64,000 bases of DNA from the NCBI RefSeq assembly GCF_009914755.1, contig NC_060925.1. One strand, given 5' to 3'. This stretch comes from the human T2T-CHM13v2.0 reference genome, Homo sapiens. Positions 1-12,843 of this stretch are shown in pieces. The notes beneath the pieces were generated by a model. It was given only the letters and a program-made list of their open reading frames with translations. It had not been told where the DNA came from and ran no database searches. How positions within the stretch are numbered: the first letter of the stretch is position 1; each line of letters opens with the position of its first letter. The translations under genes were made by a program, and so were the position numbers.

Positions 1-900
1 ACCTGGCCAGCCAAATAGCCTATTTTGTTGAATTGGAATCTGACACTAGAGTCCTGCTAGTTGGCATTTACAGCTCTGGGATTCTAGTATTCTTGTTGAA
101 ATCAGGGAGTTCATTTCTGCTGCAGCATCTCCCACTTGCATAGAAGAGTCTTCCAAGTTTTTTCCAATATATATAAGCAGAGTCTTAATAATCTCCAGGC
201 TTCTTTTCCGGAGCTTGACTTTGTAATGGCTCTTTGGGGCATGCCAAGATCTGACTCTAGTTAAAAGTACAGAGATGGGCGGGGCAGGTGGGGGGGATTG
301 GGGTGTGAGTGTGGGCGGAGAAGGAGATGAACTGGCTTCCCCGGCCTGATCCCTCCTCCAGGTTGCAGGATCCTCAGGGGAGGATGAAACACTCACCAGA
401 CAAGGAGGGAGAGAGTGGGGGTTGTGTCTGCCACATTCTACCATATTAGTACTTAAGGTTAAATTCTTCCTGTTCAGTGTCCTAAATGTCACACAAAAGA
501 TCTTACCAAGCTGTGGATTGAACAAATAATTTGGTGATCCACAGAGTCAAACTTTGTGGTGTTTTTTGGACTGTCTCCAAAAGAGATAAGAATTTTATTT
601 AAAAAATTTTTAATTGTAAAATATATATGTTTTATTTTTAAATTATATAAAGTTTTGGGTTTCAGTCCATGTCATTGGGGAAATCATAAGAATTTGAGCT
701 TATTATTGTCTTTTTTCTTTCCGGTGACTTTAGTGGAAACCACTCCATTCCATAGTCCTTGAATTCCTCAAGTTGTTCATGTTGGTCTATGACTACTTTG
801 TCCCTCAACACTTCCCTTTGATGGATTATTTATCCAGGTGACCACAGTAATAATTTCATTAGTTGAGATTCTTCCCAGTACTTGCTTCTCTGGGTCACTA
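1..900 (-). mobile_element. Degraded ERVL-class internal (gag-like) remnant
   Basis: The minus-strand ORF 46..525 ends VGDAAAEMNSLISTRILESQSCKCQLAGL, which resembles the ERVL/HERV16-type gag segment (VGxAxxELxxLxxMGxxGSxxxRGQVAAL). A Pro-rich stretch precedes it. Recognised from memory; boundaries are approximate. Confidence 0.45.
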
Positions 901-1390
901 GCTCCTGACTGAAGTCTGGATCAATTTACCTGATAGATGGGGCCTAAGCCTGGAGATAACTTCCTAGTAGCAAGGGAGTCTTGGAACTGACTACCTGGGT
1001 TTTCAGCCATTATAGGGGAAAGAAGACTCTGCCCCCAACAAGACTCAAAAGATGGGGAATTCGTCAAACATATGAAGGGAATTCAGATGCTGGGCAGCCC
1101 AAAACCCATCCAGGGTCTATAGCACCTCCTGACGAAGTTGTTAGGGAGAGTAAATAAGATGACATAGAAAAAGGATCTAACATAGTACCTTATGTTACAT
1201 TTTAGTAAATGTTAATTCCTAGTGTCTTTCTGGTTAATAAAATAAACAGCATTGAGCCACGAAGAATGGAACTGTGAATATATAGTTAAACTTGAGCATT
1301 GACCCTAGATGTATGACTTAAAGTTTAACAGGCAGGTTAGGAAAGGTTATATTAATTGTCTTCTGCTCCTTAGAAACCTCCATTTTTTTG

Positions 1391-1695
<305 letters not shown>

Positions 1696-2856
1696 ACCTC
1701 TATTTTTGGTGTAAGCATTGACATTTTGATTGAGAAAAAGTATGAATATTCAACATTTTTTCCCTAAAAAGCTCTTTTACAAAACCAGTTTACCTATTTT
1801 ACCGTTATAAAAAGGAGATAAAAAAATTAATCAAAATTTCAATCTATCCTCAGCCATAAAAAGTTGTATAAACTTGGCATAAACTCATCATTGTGTTGAT
1901 TTTTCATTGGTCAGGAACTTACTCCTGCTTGCTGTTCTATCTGGGTGTCTCACGTTGGGTTTAAACTTATGAATAGGTATAAAAGAATAAGTAGAAATGA
2001 GAAAATACTGCTTTGACTCCTCACCTTAATCTGAAATTAGAATGAAATTGTTCATGAATTGTGTAGTCACAGCTGCATTAAGATTAGATGCCCCAGAGCC
2101 ATATTTATTGGCTTGGAAATATTATCTTCATTTGCTGGCTTCCATAAGCAACAAAAGAATGTCACCATTCACGTTTTGCTCTGCATGACTTGGCGATTCC
2201 TTCGCATGCATATATGAGTGTTAATTTCTTCATCACACATTTGCAGAGCCCCTAGTACATCTTGGATGTTATAGCAGGCTCTGAAAGCACAGCAGTGGAA
2301 AGACTTGGTCCCTGTACTTACAGTATAATAGGGACAGACGTATGAGCAAGTAATTGTAGTATAATGTGACGAGTGTGATAATTAATGCATGCACAAAGAA
2401 AAGTGGTGGCCCCAAGGAGAAAATAGTTAATTACTGTTGTGTGTGGGGGTGTGGATTTAAAGAAGTAGTCACAGAGGAAGATGTCACCAGTTCTCAGCAG
2501 TGGCACATAAATGAAAGGCAATTAAGTAGCAGATGTGAGTTCTTTCACACTTTCTTGTCCCTGCTTCTTACTCCCTCCCTCTTGCTGACTGGAAGTCTCT
2601 GAGTCACCACTTGAAGGAGAGCGGCCAGACTCACTGTACTTTAATGAGCTGTTTGACTCAGCAGTTAACCTCCTGTGATACGGCCTGTCTGTTCTGTTGC
2701 CAAATTACATAAATTTGTTATTAGACTTTGAGGACTTACAGCTAAGTCATTAAGGCTAACTCTAAATCAGTTCATGAATTATAAATTATTTTGGCAGCAA
2801 CATTATCCATAGACCTACATAACTTCTGTCATTTTTGTTGAAAGCTATCTCCATGA

Positions 2857-3134
2857 TTTCTTTTTTTTTCTTTTTGAGACAGGGTCTCGCTCTGTTACCC
2901 AGGCTGGAGTGCAGTGGTGCGATCTCGGCTCACTGCAGGCTTGACCCCCTGGGCTCAAGCTATCCTTCTGCCTCAGCCTCCCAAGTAGCTGAAACTACAT
3001 GCACAAGCCACCATACCTGGCTAATTTTTAAATTTTTTGGAGAGATGAGGTCTTGCTATGTTGCCTAGGCTGGTCTCGAACTCCTGGCCTCAAGCAATCC
3101 TCCCACCTCAGGGTCCCAAAGTGCTGGGATTACA
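2857..3134 (-). mobile_element. AluJ-type element, 5' end clipped
   Basis: Poly-T then gagacagggtctcgc...gtgctgggattaca; abuts a short L1 fragment at 3140-3174. Confidence 0.9.
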
Positions 3135-3840
3135 AGATTATCAGTGATAGACTGGATAAAGAAAATGTGGTACACCTGGCCCTCCATGATTTCTTGAGTT
3201 GGAGGTCTATATTTCACAGAGTAACTGAGGTGGAAACTAGGAGAAAGTTGAGCCATAGCATCTCATGCTCCTCCTTCCAGTTTGGCTAAGTTACGCTATA
3301 ACTTGTTTTTAGCACTGTTTCAGTTCTTTTCTTTTTATTTCCACAATATTTTTGGCACCTAATATGTACTGTGCTTATTTATAAAGTTTTACTTTGTGCC
3401 TGGAACTGTGCTAAATTGTTCTGGTGCAATAATGAACAAGAAAGAGATGGTCTCTGCCCTCCTGAAACTTAACAGAGTACTACTGGCGGAGGCAGAGAAT
3501 TAAGGAAACTTTTGGAGAACAGGACGCCTTGAGAGCAGATAGAAGGAACATAAAACGTGAACTTGGGAATTCAGGATGGTTTCCTGGAGAAAGTGACATT
3601 TAAGTAGATATAAAAAGGTTGAAGGAGAGTTAGTTAGATGAAGACTAGGGGATTGTGTTTTAGGAGGAGAAAGTATGTGCAAAGGACTGGAGGAGGGAGA
3701 GCATGAAAGGGACAGAAAGAAGTTCTATGTACCTTGAAAATTAAGTGCAAACTGAGAAATGCAAGGGCTAATGTTTGAAAAGGAAGCAGGGGCCTGATGA
3801 TGAAGGGACTTGTGAGCCATGCTAAGAAGACTGTCTTACA

Positions 3841-4269
<429 letters not shown>

Positions 4270-5989
4270 TCAAATAAATTAAGGGCTAAAAATCGTCTAT
4301 TAGCAGGACATTTTGGGTAGTTTGGGTGAAAGCATTTTTAAAGAAGCAGTGTAGGGATAATACAGATCAGAAATAATTGAGAAAGGTGAGAAAATGGAGG
4401 TAGCAAGTAAGCTCAATTCTTTCAAGAGATTTGCAGGATATGGGATTTGAGGGACTGCTTTCTTTTTCTTCTTCTAATGGAAGAGACTTAAACATATATA
4501 AAATGTTAATGGGAAGGAGTAGAATGACTTGGTAGAGGGAGCAATGGAAAGAAGATAAGGAAGCAAGCAGATTGGTGGAGTGAAATCTTGCAGAAGGCCA
4601 GGAGGAGATGAGATCAGAGTACGGCAGGAGGGATTAACCTTAGAGGAAAATAAAGGTTTCTAGTTCTTTTTAATAGAAGAAAAGCAGGAAAGGACAAGTG
4701 TAGGTTATATATTGTTATTTAATCCTTACACAACTCTCTGAGGGTGGATATTGCTTCCCCCAATTTGAACGTGATGTAGTGGAGGTCCAGAAAAGTGAGG
4801 TAACTTGCCCAAAGTCACACAGGAGAACCTAGGCGTGACCCCAAGATTAATGCTTGCTTTGAGCCCAAAGTGTAATGCTCACTTACCTGCAATATTTTAA
4901 AAGCTTAAGTTCCCTATAGGGAGTGCCCTGAAAATGACTGGAATTTAGTTAGGTCCTTGTTTTATGACTTGATAAGCTAGAATGCAAAGAGATTTTACTG
5001 GAGCAAACATACAGTGCCATTTGGTAGAGATCTAGCGAAAGAAGCTGCCCTCAATTAATGTTTGACTAACTCAGTACCAAAGGTCTGACTTTTCTTCCTG
5101 AGTATGCCTGCTAGAATAAACACACTTGCTTTTGCCTCTCTGTGCTACTGAGATGCACCAACATGGACATCTTATATATATTATATAATATTGACTAATC
5201 TAGTCAATATTAATATGGTGCCAACTTATGCCAAGCATTATTCTAGGTGCTCTAGGATAGTAACTTAATCCTAGTTCTATTATTATCTCCATTTTACAGA
5301 GGATAAATTTGAGGAACAGAGAGGCTGAGTAATTTGCTCAAGGTCACATAGCTTGTAAATATCAAAGTCAGAATTTGAACCCAGAAATCTGGCTCCTGAC
5401 CTGAGTCTATGCTCTTAAACAATTATGCTATTGCCCCTTAGGCAGGAACAATTAGTCTCTGGTGAAGAGAATACCTAGACTTGATTCTCAATTCTGATTT
5501 TCTGACTTCTTCCCCATGGACTAAATAGTTGTTTGGCTAAAGGCATAGACTTTAATTTCAGACCTGGGTATGAACCACACTCTACCACTTAAAAAGTTGT
5601 GCGGCCTTGGACAAATTACTTCTCTACAGCTCAGTTTCTTAATCTGTAGTGTGGGGCCAATAAAAATATTCAACTCAAAGAGTCACTGTGAGGATTAAAT
5701 GAGATAAAGCATGTTAAGAGCTCAGCAGAATGTGTGTTCCATAGATAAGCCTGGGCTTAAGGGACCCTGGAGATGATGTTTTCATCTATCTCATTCTTCC
5801 ATTCCTGTTTTAGTACTCTCATCCAAACTTTAGCTTCTCTTACCATGGATTACTACCATATGCACTTAAAACCTTTAAAAATCACATTAATATATAATTA
5901 CTAAAACAATGCTTGTTTACTCAACATAGAAAAGTTCTTAAAAATATTTTAAAAGCTATGAATTACGTTAAACATTATAACTTTATTAA

Positions 5990-6115
5990 ATTTGTTTTTT
6001 GTATTTTTTGAGACAGGGTCTTGCTCTGTCACTTAGGCTGGAGTGCAGTGGTGCCATCATAGTTCACTGCAGCGGTGCCATCATAGTTCACTGCAGCCTC
6101 GAATTCCTCAGCTGA
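5990..6115 (-). mobile_element. Truncated Alu (J-type) fragment with internal 24-bp tandem duplication
   Basis: gagacagggtcttgctctgtc...; ggtgccatcatagttcactgcagc present twice (6050-6073, 6074-6097). Confidence 0.85.
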
Positions 6116-6875
6116 AGTAACTCCCTAGGCCAGATGAACTCCCCAGGCCAGACGCCTTGTCCTCCCAACACTGCCCTGCCCATAGTGGATTTTTCTCTCT
6201 GTTCTTTCTCGCGTGAATCCTTCTTTCACACAACCCTCTACCTGCAGAGCTAACACCAGCATTTACCACTCACTGATATTCTTTTAACTCATATATATTG
6301 TCAAGTATTGTTGCTTTGAAATGAAGTCTTATTCCACGAGACTGTAAACTTTGTATGCCAGTGACCACATTTTCTATGTAATTTGCTACTTTCTATGGTG
6401 CTTTAAATCACATCATTGAAGGGAAATTTTAATTTGTAAATTTGTAATATGACCAAGACTCCTGGCTCTGTGGACTGACTCACTGTGGCGACCCGTCCCA
6501 GAGTGGGGCAGGACAGAGCAGAGTCCTCCCTGCAGGGAGCAAAGCTGAATCACCCTCTCCTCCTTCTAGAAAAACAGGCTTGAGGCTAAGTGCTCCTAAT
6601 GCTCATCAGGGCCTTAATGGAAATGCCCAGAAGAGATTGAAGGGAGTAGCTTGAGCTTTTGCAGGAAGAGCCGGCAATGCAGGGGCTGCTCATTGATTAG
6701 CTGCTTTGGGTAACATGGCAAATGCGATTTTTACACTGAGCAGGTCGAGTTCTGTGTCCAGAGAGCTAACTGAAATTATTTCCCCTCTTATTGAAAGGAC
6801 AATGTAACGATGCTAAAGAAAACATTGATAACATGACTATTTCCATGTTATGAAATTTATTTTCATTTTATATAA

Positions 6876-7142
<267 letters not shown>

Positions 7143-8030
7143 TGAGTTGGAATCTCAGTGGGAAACTAGATGAGCTAATGTTCTATCAGAGGCTTTTCTC
7201 ACCTAGACGCTGTGGCCCTATCATCTTGATTTTTTTCCCTCTCAATTTTGGCATGACTTGCCAGAGGTCAAATTTTTTTCCTCTGTACTTAGAGCTTCTC
7301 AGAAAGATAAAAGTGAATCCCAACCCTGTTTTATCTTTTGTAGCCAGAATGTGATTGGAATGTGAGCAATGGAGAAAAGTGGGTTGAACATTCACAAGAA
7401 CATACTGTCTGATTGTCTCCTTTTAGACGAGGGCCACCTCTTTTTCCCGAAGGAGTAGTAATAACCCAAACCTAGGACCTGTAGAGATTTTTATTGAGCA
7501 AACTCACCCACAACATATCCTTTATTCTTTCCATTTATCATTCCTTTAACACCTCCTGCCTGTCCTATCCCACCTACACACACTTTCTGCAGTGAGCATA
7601 CACCACTTTAGACATGCTGGATTCTACGTGGCCTCCTGAGTTTTCTGTGTCCTGGACATTCCTTTGCTCCATCATTACTACGTCCAGGGATGCAGCAGAG
7701 AAGAGTGGCTAAAATCTTAGACCACCTGTGTTCAAATCCTGCCTCCACCTTGGTCAAATCACCTGTAAAGTGGGAACAGTAATAGTACCTACTTCATAGT
7801 TGTTGGGAGGAACAAACGAGTTAATACTTGTGAAGCACTAGAACAGAGCCTGCAATGTAGTAAGAACTCAATGTTAGCTGGTATCCAAATCTAAATTTCT
7901 TCCAATCTTCAAAGACCAGATAACATCTTATCTCTTACACAAAATCTTATCTGACTAGCCTCATCTAACCCACGAAATCTCTTACTTTTTTGAAAGAATA
8001 ACACAGTTGATAGTTAATTTACTCAAATAG

Positions 8031-8190
8031 CCCCTTGAGACAACTGCAGAATACAAGCTGCTCTGCCTATGGAGTAGCCACTCTTTATTCCTTTCCTTGC
8101 TTTTCACTTTACTCTAAAAAAGAAAAAAGAAAAAGAAAAAAAGGAAAGAAAGGGAAGGAGGGAAGGAAGGAAGGAGGGAAGGAAGGAAGG
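8031..8190 (+). mobile_element. MER41-like LTR 3' fragment followed by A-rich tail and (GGAA)n
   Basis: ctgcctatggagtagccactctttattcc...ttttcactttactct matches the recalled MER41 R region; the A-rich run starts at 8116. Confidence 0.6.
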
Positions 8191-8614
8191 AGACTATCTT
8201 GATATCTGGGTTTAAATCTTGAAACAATAAGTGCTGTGGGACTTTGAGGGAGTTACTTAAGTCTTAGTTTTGTCATCTGTAAAATGGATGTTATAATACC
8301 TTCACAGGGTTATTGTGAGGTCCAAGTAAGATAAATGCTTAAAAAGTATCTCATACAGGTCCTGACTCATGGTAGACCCTCAATAAATACACAGGCTCTT
8401 TCAAAATATATTATTTAAAATTTTATGGATTGTGAAAGTGCAAGTGCATGTAGGTGGGCTAGGAAGGAATTGCATAGAAAATTAAGATAATATAGCACTG
8501 TATATAAAGAAAATTACAATAGTCTCATAAACGTCTTTCTGGAGCAACAATTTCCCTGGCCAGTAACTCCTACTCTGGAAACTAAATACAGCTGGGTGTA
8601 TTCCCTTTAGTTTT

Positions 8615-8663
8615 TCTCTCTCTCTCTCTCTCATTCGCTCGCTTGCTCTTGCTCTCACTCTTG

Positions 8664-8702
<39 letters not shown>

Positions 8703-8707
8703 TGTGT
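8615..8707. repeat. Compound (CT)n/(GT)n microsatellite
   Basis: Directly visible CT runs, a degenerate CTTG stretch, then about 11 GT units. Confidence 0.97.
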
Positions 8708-9133
8708 CTTTGCAGGCATGCACTCAAGCAGACACACATATTTAGAAAAGAAAGGAATCCGATTATATACCAATTTTGCAGTCTGCTTTACTTTACATAG
8801 ACATTTCCCCATCTCATTTAATATTTTTCAAAGTGATGGTTTTGATGGGCCATATAGCATCCCATGTACATCTAAACAATCTAAACATAACTTATTTAAC
8901 CATGACCCCATTGTTGAATATTGAGGTTTTCTTTAGGTTTTAGCTATTGTAAATAATGCTGCATCAAATAGCTTTGTATATGAATATCATAAGTATCTTT
9001 GATTATTTTGCTAAGAGAAATTCTTAGGAATAGAAATACTGGGTCAAAGAAAACACATTAAAGGATTCAGGTACATATTGCTAACTTTTGCCTTTCTGAA
9101 AGGTCTTGTGAATTATATACCTATCAACAGTGA

Positions 9134-9447
<314 letters not shown>

Positions 9448-11402
9448 TGCTTTATCTATTATCTTTCAATCTAGATTGTAATCTTCTTGAGCAGGCACTG
9501 TGGTCATCTGCTTCTTCGTACCTGCCTTTATACAGAACATTGCTTGGTGCCATTCACATGGTAGCCCTTGCTAATATTTGCCAAGTGAATGAATTTCTAT
9601 TCACAACTATCCCTGTGGGGTTAAGAGCTGGAGAAGGGACTTGAACAATTACTTGACCAATCACGAATTGGTCAAATTTGAATGAGAGAGGTTTGTAGAC
9701 TTGTCCTCGGTCTCCTAGTGAGATGGGTTAGGTAGAAAACTATTAAATCACAGGTAGTTGGCCGCTGTTCAGGGGACTTGGACAAGGGAGTGGGTCCAAG
9801 AGAGAAAAATGATGTTTTTCAGGGTCAGCTCTGCAGCGTGTTGGAAACTGACTTTCTGCACTGCTATTCATTCTTTTTTTGTAACTGGGTGTGGGGAGGG
9901 GCGGGATCTACTTTTTACAACTCAGTCATGTAGCAGAATGAGTGGAATTTTCCAGATGGTTCCTCTTGATGACTGTTGGCATAATGGCAGTTTTGCCCCT
10001 TGGGAGCCATTGGGCTGCAACCCCTGAAGCCTAGACAGCAGTTTTAGCAGGTCAGATTGTGGGATCCGTGTGTTTTTGTTGGCACAGAGAGCCATGTGGG
10101 ATTTCAAGCCATAAATACCATTTTTATTTTCCTCATACAGCTCCCTACTAAATGAGCAATGAGGCCAAAGCGAGGAAGGTGCCATAACCCTTTCCCTCAA
10201 TACACATACACATCCATCCCAAATACAGTGACTCAGATCATTTCCTGGCACTGGGCACCTTCTGAATGAGAGTTTGGGGTAATCTGCTGGGAATAACACA
10301 TTGCTTCAGAATTTTTCTGAATCTACACACCCACTGTGAAGATGAGTTGATGCTTCCTTTCTCTTACCCTGAGAGCCTCCCTCCTCCTGGGATAGTTGTG
10401 TTTTTGTTTTCAGGTAAAAGAGGCTTAGAGTGTGAAAGTTTGCTATGGATTTCAGGACATGTGAGCTCATAATATCTCCCTTTTATAATCTTCCCCATTC
10501 ATTTGTGAGTTGACCACTAATCCTCCTAATACCCAGTAAACACAGTTGCCCAGGAGGCAGGTTAACCAAAGGGGTGAATCTGGACTGACACAAATTCTCA
10601 TGGATTGCCTTACTGTGATGGGCCAGTTTTTTTTTCTTGTCTCTATTACAGACGTCATCTTCCAGAGCCTCCTTTCCTTAGAGCCACAATTTCTTTAACT
10701 TCCAGGTTGGAAGACTTCACGTAGGATTAGGAATTGTCACTGTGGTAGAATCAGCTGCTAATGTGCAAAGGTTGGAAAATGTTAGAACTTTATTTCCCAG
10801 AGTTCCTTGCGGTTAGGAATTTGTTGTGGTTAAGGCTCTGCCAGTCAGATGCACCTCACTGAGACTTGGATATGAGAGCCTAGCCGTATGTGGAAAGAGG
10901 GAGGGTGATGGGGATGTGCGTTTGCTTGTGCAGACTGTGCCATGGTCCTGGAGCAGCCAGCTGTGGCTATGGCTCCTCATTCAGCAGGCAGCTTCCTGAG
11001 CCAGCAGCTCCTTGGCGGCCCAGTTCTGTAGCATGGGTTTGGAAGTCATTCCTGGAGTCAATCTAGAGTCACTTCCTTTAACTAATCAACTCCCCTCCTT
11101 CATTAATACTCCCGTAATAAATTCCTCTTTGTAAACTTGCTGATATAATGCTTCAGCCGCAAAGCTATGGTTTGTTTTACATTGTTCATTTGTTGACTGA
11201 GAAAAAATAAAATGGTTGGAATGTTTTCCTTTTTTATTATGGATTTCTTTCTACCAAAGCCAGTTTTGAACTATCCTGTTCTCTTTTGCATGCTTTTCCT
11301 TGTGACTATCGATAACCTTATATTGCACTTTTTCCCAGAGTGAGATGGAAGTTTTTCCCAGAGTTAATATTGATGTGTCCAATCAAAAAAGTAAATATTC
11401 CA

Positions 11403-11702
11403 GGCCGGGCGCGGTGGCCCACGCCTGTAATCCCAGCACTTTGGAAGGCCGAGGCGGGCAAATCACAAGGTCAGGAGATCGAGACCATTCTGGCTAACAC
11501 GGTGAGGCCCCGTCTCTACTAAAAATACAAAAAATTAGCTGGGCATGGTGGCAGGCGCCTGTAGTTCCAGCTACTCGGGAAGCTGAGGCAGGAGAATGGT
11601 GTGAACCTGGGAAGGTGGAGTTTGCAGTGAGCCGAGATTGCACCACTGCACTCCAGCCTGGGTGACAGAGCAAGCCTCCGTCTCAAAAAAAAAAAAAAAA
11701 AA
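11403..11702 (+). mobile_element. AluY element with TSD
   Basis: aaaaaagtaaatattcca duplicated at 11385-11402 and 11697-11714; gagatcgagaccattctggctaacacgg. Confidence 0.95.
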
Positions 11703-12452
11703 GTAAATATTCCATCTTCTTTGACCTATTTACTTGGAACAATGCTATGTGCCAATTCATGGAATTCATATATCACCTCTCCATAAAAGCATAGAGTACT
11801 GTGTTATTAATAAGCATATAGCATTGATGCACATATACCCTGAAGCTTCTAACAGGCACAAAAAAGGGCTAGGAGGAACATTTTGCATTGATTATCAAGA
11901 CATCAGTACTGACACTTCATTTTCAACAAAAGTGCACTGCCCCGTGTATAAGTCATGCCTACCATATTTCCTGACATCTGGGAGTTGACTTAATAGATGC
12001 TAATGTGATGTTATTACCAAGGTGTCAAGCTACACCCTCTCCTGATTGGTTCTCCTAGTTCTGCCTTAGGTTTGCTGACACTTTGCTATGAAAAATGGAT
12101 TCAGACATTGCAGGCATGCAAAGTGCTGGCTAGAAAAGCACTGATTTAACTGGGCAAAACTGTGCCCAGTAATTATAAACTTACCATCTATTCCTGTAGA
12201 GCCTTCTCCTAATCCTTCAAGTTTGAGTCCTTCATATAGACACAGCTACAAGGGCAGAACAATTAGAGAAGTCAGACTCCAAGCCTGAATGAAGAGTGTT
12301 TTCTCATTTTGCCAGTTCTGTGAGAAAAGCTCTGCTGTGTAAGAAAAGCTCTGCTGTGTGCTGGCTGCCCAAGGGCAAGCTGCCTCTTGGGGAACAAGAA
12401 TTTCTGAGGGAACAACAAACATTCTGTCTCAAATTTGGAACTAAAAAAGAAC

Positions 12453-12462
12453 TTTATTTATT
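12453..12462 (-). terminator. S100A10: S100A10 polyadenylation signal (overlapping AATAAATAAA)
   Basis: tttatttatt on the plus strand, about 220 nt past the stop codon, with a T/GT-rich downstream element on the minus strand. Confidence 0.88.
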
Positions 12463-12681
12463 GAGGGCAAGGGGATGCAAACAATACAAAAATCAAAAGC
12501 TTATCTGGTATTTAACTTTTCTTTCTCTGCTTGTCAAATGAGAGTTAGATTTTATTTTTACATTTGCTAAGTGTCCTGATCTGCTCATGAAATCCTTCTA
12601 TGGGGGAAGCTGTGGGGCAGATTCCTTAAGCGACCCTTTGGGACAACTCTTATCAGGGAGGAGCGAACTGCTCATTTCTGC

Positions 12682-12843
12682 CTACTTCTTTCCCTTCTGC
12701 TTCATGTGTACTACAAAATAGTCATTGCATGCAATGGTGAGGCCCGCAATTAGGGAAAAGAAGCTCTGGAAGCCCACTTTGCCATCTCTACACTGGTCCA
12801 GGTCCTTCATTATTTTGTCCACAGCCAGAGGGTCTTTTTGATT
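12682..12843 (-). CDS. S100A10: S100A10 (p11, annexin A2 light chain) exon 3 coding part, aa 45-97
   Basis: Translates NQKDPLAVDKIMKDLDQCRDGKVGFQSFFSLIAGLTIACNDYFVVHMKQKGKK*; T10-CAG acceptor at 12844-12856; TAG at 12682-12684. Confidence 0.99.
   Translation of the reverse strand, partial: NQKDPLAVDKIMKDLDQCRDGKVGFQSFFSLIAGLTIACNDYFVVHMKQKGKK

Noticed and set aside
46-525. 159-aa ORF as a domesticated gag gene
   Set aside because: Non-ATG start, only the C-terminal part is gag-like, and the neighbouring sequence is interrupted by stops; treated as a decayed ERVL.
8482-8924. HTHT/RERE and LSLS/CVCV ORFs
   Set aside because: Microsatellite translations.
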